A DNA stretch of 53,601 nt, filler included, from Catajapyx aquilonaris (Eukaryota): assembly GCA_000934665.2 (NCBI GenBank). It is 2 parts of 2 records of this genome, joined end to end, with 100 filler letters (N's around TTAATTAATTAA, not from the genome) between each part and the next. Parts side by side here need not be neighbours in the genome. Positions count along the whole stretch, not along the records: positions 26,855 to 53,601 come from JYFJ02005161.1; 1 more part is not named here. One strand, written 5' to 3'. Positions 48,445-53,601 of the stretch are shown piece after piece; position 1 is the stretch's first letter; each line of letters starts with the position of its first letter. The notes under the pieces were generated by a model. It was not told the DNA's origin, ran no database searches, and saw only the letters and a program-made list of their open reading frames with translations. Made by a program: the position numbers and the translations under genes.

Positions 48445-51400
48445 TCATTTCATCTGCAAGTAGCTAGACGGTCTAGCTACATTCTGGACATCTACTTCCA
48501 CCATCTCCAGTGATTCCTTGTTGCTTGATGAAGGGTCACATGCCATCAGGTACCCGTCTGGTGCCACCTGGGCCACATTTGAGTATCCTGACGATGTGGC
48601 TCCTGATGATTCACCAAGTGTTGGCTTGGAAGGTCGCATTACCACATAGCTTGGTCCAGGTTCGTCAGTTGACTGAGCCAGGCTCATGTAGTACTGAAAT
48701 TATTGCAATGTGTTTTGTAATATCTATAGGAAAGTGCTGCCCGTCATAATTAATAATTAACTTGTCAAAATGCGACCCACTTTCTTCACTCCGTCTTCCA
48801 GGAAGGAACCAATTTCTTTCTCCAGGTTGGCAAAGCTTGGTCTCTTGTCAGAATTCGCATTCCAGCAATCCAGCATTACTTTGTAACTACAGTAGTACAA
48901 AAATACGTAATTGTACAGTACGAATGTTAAATATCACTAATGTAACATACATTTGAGCAGGTGCGAATTTTGGCTTGGACATGCGATGACCATCAACCAG
49001 CATGGACAACAAATCGCGAACATTTACACCTGAAACAATTTGTGATCAATTTTCATAAAATTAATTATTTAATGAATAACTGCCGGGGTGTAACCTGGGT
49101 ATGGATCTTGTCCAAGAGTAAACATTTCCCACAGAAGGATCCCAAAGGACCAAATGTCAGACTTTTTGGAGAAGACCCTGTCCTGAATGGACTCGATGGC
49201 CATCCACTTTATGGGCAGAAGTCCTTCTCCTTTCTTCTTGTACGACTCTGTCTCTCTGGCCAGTCCAAAGTCACAAATCTTGACCACGTTATTCTCTGCC
49301 AGCAACACGTTTCTTGCGGCCAGGTCACGGTGGATTAGCTGCACAAAAATGATGTGGACAAACATTTATGTCGAAACTTTATTTTTGCCAAAGATTTTTA
49401 GTTGCCATTATATTCACTACAAAGAATAATTACTGCTGTTTTAAAACATCACTAAATAAGCTCACCGTTTTGGAGACGAGATAATTCATGCCTCGCGCAA
49501 CTTGAAATGACCATGACACGAGGTCAGTAGTTGTGGTCTTATTTTTTCCATCCGAGTTGTCTTTCCCTCCAGATTTACCTTCAAGGTTGCAATAATTAAT
49601 ATAATTTACAACTTTCTACAGCTCAGTAAATGACATTATGTACTTACCTAACAATTCTGCCAGACTGCTAACGCTCTTAGCAGACGAGAGAGATTCGCTT
49701 GCCCATCTAACGAAGCAAAAAAATTGCAATTATTTTAATGGCACTGTTTTTGAACTTGTCATAATTACCTTTTTGGATCTGTGTATCTCGCAATCTTTCC
49801 AGACTCGTCCAATTCGTCAATAAATTCATTCCGACGTCTTCGCAAATAATCGCGAATATTTCCGTATTTGCAATACTCCACAAGTACGAGGAGTTCGCCT
49901 GAAGATGTCAGAAAATTCATTCACTTTTCTTAACTTAACAATTTGGCTCGAAAAATAATATCTATATACTAACGATTGCACAGATTTCTAGTGCAGGCGC
50001 CTAGGATGTTGACAACGTTGAGATTCTTCCCAACGTGTATCATGATCTTCAGTTCGGCTATGAGGCTTCTCAGTTCGGATATTTCGGCTGGAGGCTTGAC
50101 CGTCTTGACCGCAACTTTGGTCACTCTTTCCTTCTCCAGGAGACCCTCAGCCTCTGCCTCGTAAACCACTCCAAAAGCGCCGAATCCCAGTTGCTTCCCT
50201 TAAAAATCCCATAAGGGGCTTAATATGGAACGCCCTCACAACCATTATAGACTTACCAAGAGTGACCTTGTCTCTAGAAACTTCCCACTTGGGGTCATAG
50301 GGCAGATTTTCTGCCTGGTCACTTATGGGGATGTCTGGATTGATCCTGTCCACGCTCCCTTTTTCAAATGTTTCTAGATCCGCAGCCAGTTCACGTAGCT
50401 GTCTCTGCATTGAAATAATTGTAATAAATTTAATATTATTAATTATTAATTATAATAATTATTAAGTCATACCCTCTGAATGTACACGTGGCGTCCTAGG
50501 TAAATTCCCATGGCTAAAAGCAAGACAATTATCACCAACATGCTCAACACGATTGCCAGATCTCGACTGGAAGTTCCAGTACCTGAAGTGCCAAAAAAAT
50601 AATTACACAATTATACGGCTGTTTGCTTGTACTTCGCATAATATTATGCTTGCCTTCCATCTGTATGTCGACATACGCTTCGGCTTGACCAGCTTGATTA
50701 GTTGCACGACATACGTATTTTCCAGCGTCTGACATTCTGACAGGGTCTAAAACGAGGCCTTCTTCACTTGGGTATAATTCTATCCTCTCCATCTGTAATT
50801 TGTTCTTTCAAATCACTTAATCACACACTGATTCGGGGACAATTTATGTAGAGATGTCATTTGATATCTGGTTTAAAAAAAATTTAAACTGCGATTAGGT
50901 CTTTGAGGCGAGGGAAGTGTCGTAGGCTGTATCCGCGATAATGATTGTTGATTAAAGCTTATTATCTCCGGAGACCAAATGACACCTTCAGATAGAGCCA
51001 GTAGTTTTGTATGAACAAATGAAAATTGCTGTGTACATACCCTGTCATTTTCTCGGTACCAACTTAAATCGGGTTCTAGCCAACCTTCAGCCTTGCAGTC
51101 CAGCTGCAGTCTTACTCCAACTTCAATATTTCTAGTCTCGTTGTTGAGTTGAGTTGAAATTATCCGAGGTGGAGACGATTCTGTCCACAGAAACAGGGTG
51201 TCCATAATTTACTTCAATTTTTCGTACTATAAAACTTACTTTTGACCGTAACTTCAACAGTGTTGGATACTTCTGGAGCGTCGTTTTGGTTTCCGTGTTG
51301 CCTTGCAATGCACTGGTAACTTCCGGAGTCTTCCTCTGTTGCATTTTTGATGACCAGGTCTTGATCGTAGCTCCATGGAGTGCTTGACTCCATTGTGTCC

Positions 51401-53601
51401 ACTCCTAAAACGGACTTGTTAGACAAACATCTCCGAATTAAATTAACCACAAAATTATTACCAGAAATTCTTCTGTCTTTGAGCAAGTCACCGTCGTGTC
51501 TCCATGTGATGGAGTCCTGGCTGTACAAGAATGAGCTGGCAGAACATGAGATATTTAGGGGATCGCCTGCCACCACTTGCCTCCATGGACGTCCCTCAAC
51601 AACCAGAGGCCCGAACCCTCCTGTGAATTACACACAATTTTGTCAAAAAAAATGTTTCGGTTTTTAACCAGTGCATTGGGCTTTTGTGGCATAGTATACG
51701 TACTAATGACGTTAATTTGTGTGGAGCTGCTGTCGTTAATGGTAACGACGTTCTTGCGATAAGTTCCGGTGCAACGGAGAAGTCCAGAGAAGTCGAATGG
51801 AAATGAAATGTTGGAACAGCTGCTTATTCGGCCTTCGCATTTTGAACCTGAAATGACCTGTGAGGAGGTCCAGAACTTAACAAAACTGATGACCCGAAAC
51901 CGAACCAGGTCCACTTGTGATCATATTCGTAAGTTGACAGCAAGTGGACCTGCGGTACGTTTTAATTTGGCTGTGTGCGAATGACTCACTATTTGTGGCA
52001 TTCCTGCGCATTTTCCTTGCTGAGAACATCGATGAAAGGACCACTGTAATTCGGTCATGGAAGTGGACTGCTCATTGTTAACCTGAGCGTAACACTGGAA
52101 CAAGTTACTTCCTCTAGCATTAAGCTGAAAGTAGCTTTTAGCTCCTTCCAATCTGACTCCTGAAAGGAACATGTATAGATAATAAATTGTATAATATATT
52201 ATATAAAACATGGCCTACCAAAAATGTCTAGTTGAATCTCCTGTCGTAAGTCATCGGCCTTTGACCCTCCGACTATAAGTTCGTACTTCCCTCCGTCTGT
52301 CCATCTGACGTCCACGAACTTGACCCATGACCTGACCAAGACTCCTTCCTGGTCTTCTTCCATGCAGACGCGAACCCACATGTTGTTGAAGAGCACTTGT
52401 CTGTCCCTTGTCCAGTACACTTCAGTGCTTGGATCTAAAGTGTTGACCTTCGTTTCAAGCATTAGTTCGGGATCAGATTTAGGGTGTACCTTGGTCCTGG
52501 TACTTTCAGGCGGTACCAGTGATACGGAAGTGCCTGTAACACCAGAGTTAAGAGTGTCAATTCTATTATGATAATGTTGTAACAATGCAATAGGGCATAT
52601 AATTAATATTTTATGAAAACTTCTGTGACTAGTCAAAAGTAACTGCTTAATGAGTTCACTGCTAAATTGGTCTTACCTTTGATGACAGATATTCGAACAG
52701 AAGTTAGTTTGCAAACTGCGCCGTTCATCTGGCTAATGCAATAGTAGAGTCCTTCATCCTGTTTGGTGACATCTCGGACGACAAGAACAGAAGTGTAGGC
52801 AAAAAGGTCATCTCGCTTCTCATTTGTATGGACATGGCTAATTCGGCCGCTCTGATTAAGAATAAGTATAGGTTAGGAAATATACGCACAAAACATATAA
52901 AAAAATTGGTTAGCATTAAAATGAAACCTCGATTTATCGTTTGGGTCTGGGAGCTTGAAAAACGATGGAAGCGGGAAAATGATAAATCGAGGAGCGATCG
53001 TTGTGGGTTTAATTCACAACATATAACTAGAAATTACTAAGGGACGCTAAGAATTGAACGATGAATCCGGGAAAACGATGAATCCGGGACAACGATACAC
53101 CCGGGAAAACGATAGATCCAGGAACGATAGATCGAGATTCACTGTATGCTGTTAGCAATGTGAAAGTTAGTGAGAAGATGATACTCATTTTTGCCTAAAA
53201 CTAGAGTAGGGCCAACTTACTTAGTATATAGGGTGTGAACGTGTGATTGTCCAAAACTTTTTGTGTGTGTGTAAAATGCATGTGCTATGCCTACTTTATT
53301 CCGCCGTAGAGTGAGTTCTGGCAGTGCCCAGCGCAAACCGAGTGTTTCGTTGGTATCGAGAAACACTTCGCATGTCAACGTCAGGTCTTCGCCAATCACA
53401 ACAGTCGAATCCTGAGGTGGCGTTATGTAAGTTCTAGGCGCAATGTTAAGCTGCAAGTCCCGGTTGGCTGCAGGGGAAAGAATATTTTTGATAGTTATCA
53501 ATATTATAAATGAAACCAAGAAAAAAAGCAGTAACTTACTTTTGAGTGAAAATGTCCACCAAGATACGAGTTGCTCATATATGCGTGGAACTAACACGTC
53601 T
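48445..53601 (-). CDS. Pvr: PDGF/VEGF receptor-related tyrosine kinase, 5' end outside window; exons >53601-53540, 53467-53295, 52851-52677, 52533-52219, 52159-51990, 51857-51704, 51620-51462, 51404-51240, 51180-51041, 50792-50654, 50582-50473, 50404-50257, 50198-49974, 49898-49769, 49706-49648, 49578-49466, 49338-49095, 49029-48951, 48886-48781, 48693-48445
   Basis: Multiple Ig domains (DxGxYxC), one TM exon, juxtamembrane [41 protein letters not shown], split kinase, [21 protein letters not shown]. All junctions are phase-compatible. Confidence 0.9.
52917..53145. mobile_element. pogo/Tigger-like MITE remnant in a Pvr intron
   Basis: Right end CGAGATTCACTG-TA preceded by about five ~17-bp AACGATGAATCCGGGA(A/C) repeats; degenerate left end. 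Confidence 0.55.

Noticed and set aside
53057..53135. Short tandem repeats resembling a CRISPR array
   Set aside because: No unique spacers, eukaryotic intron context, and they abut a pogo-type terminal repeat.

Overview
Eukaryotic, intron-containing, AT-rich DNA, most consistent with an arthropod/pancrustacean draft assembly. It has N-gaps at 13358-13442 and 26755-26854, the second holding an artificial-looking TTAATTAATTAA spacer. The left half (1-24.9 kb) is a + strand tandem array of C2H2 zinc-finger genes. Four paralogs (A-D) share one 4-exon plan: an N-terminal coiled-coil-like motif I cannot assign to a known domain, two acidic exons, and a terminal exon with one atypical C-C-C-H finger and 4-5 canonical fingers whose DNA-contact residues differ strongly between copies. 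A fifth ZNF-like gene (E) is truncated by the gap, and a 4-exon four-TM (DUF4728/LAPTM-like) gene lies on the - strand inside the array. The middle (27-42.5 kb) holds a decayed MULE transposase, ionotropic receptor (IR) remnants, an 8-finger ZNF on the - strand with a candidate WRPW-containing upstream exon, and decayed duplicates of a head-to-head ZNF/IR promoter block. The right end has two intronless divergent IR genes (+) and the 3' 20 exons of a PVR/VEGFR-type receptor tyrosine kinase (-). Introns and spacers are full of tRNA-SINEs, LINE fragments and MITE/foldback elements. All gene models were spliced by hand from GT/AG signals and frame continuity, with no database search.
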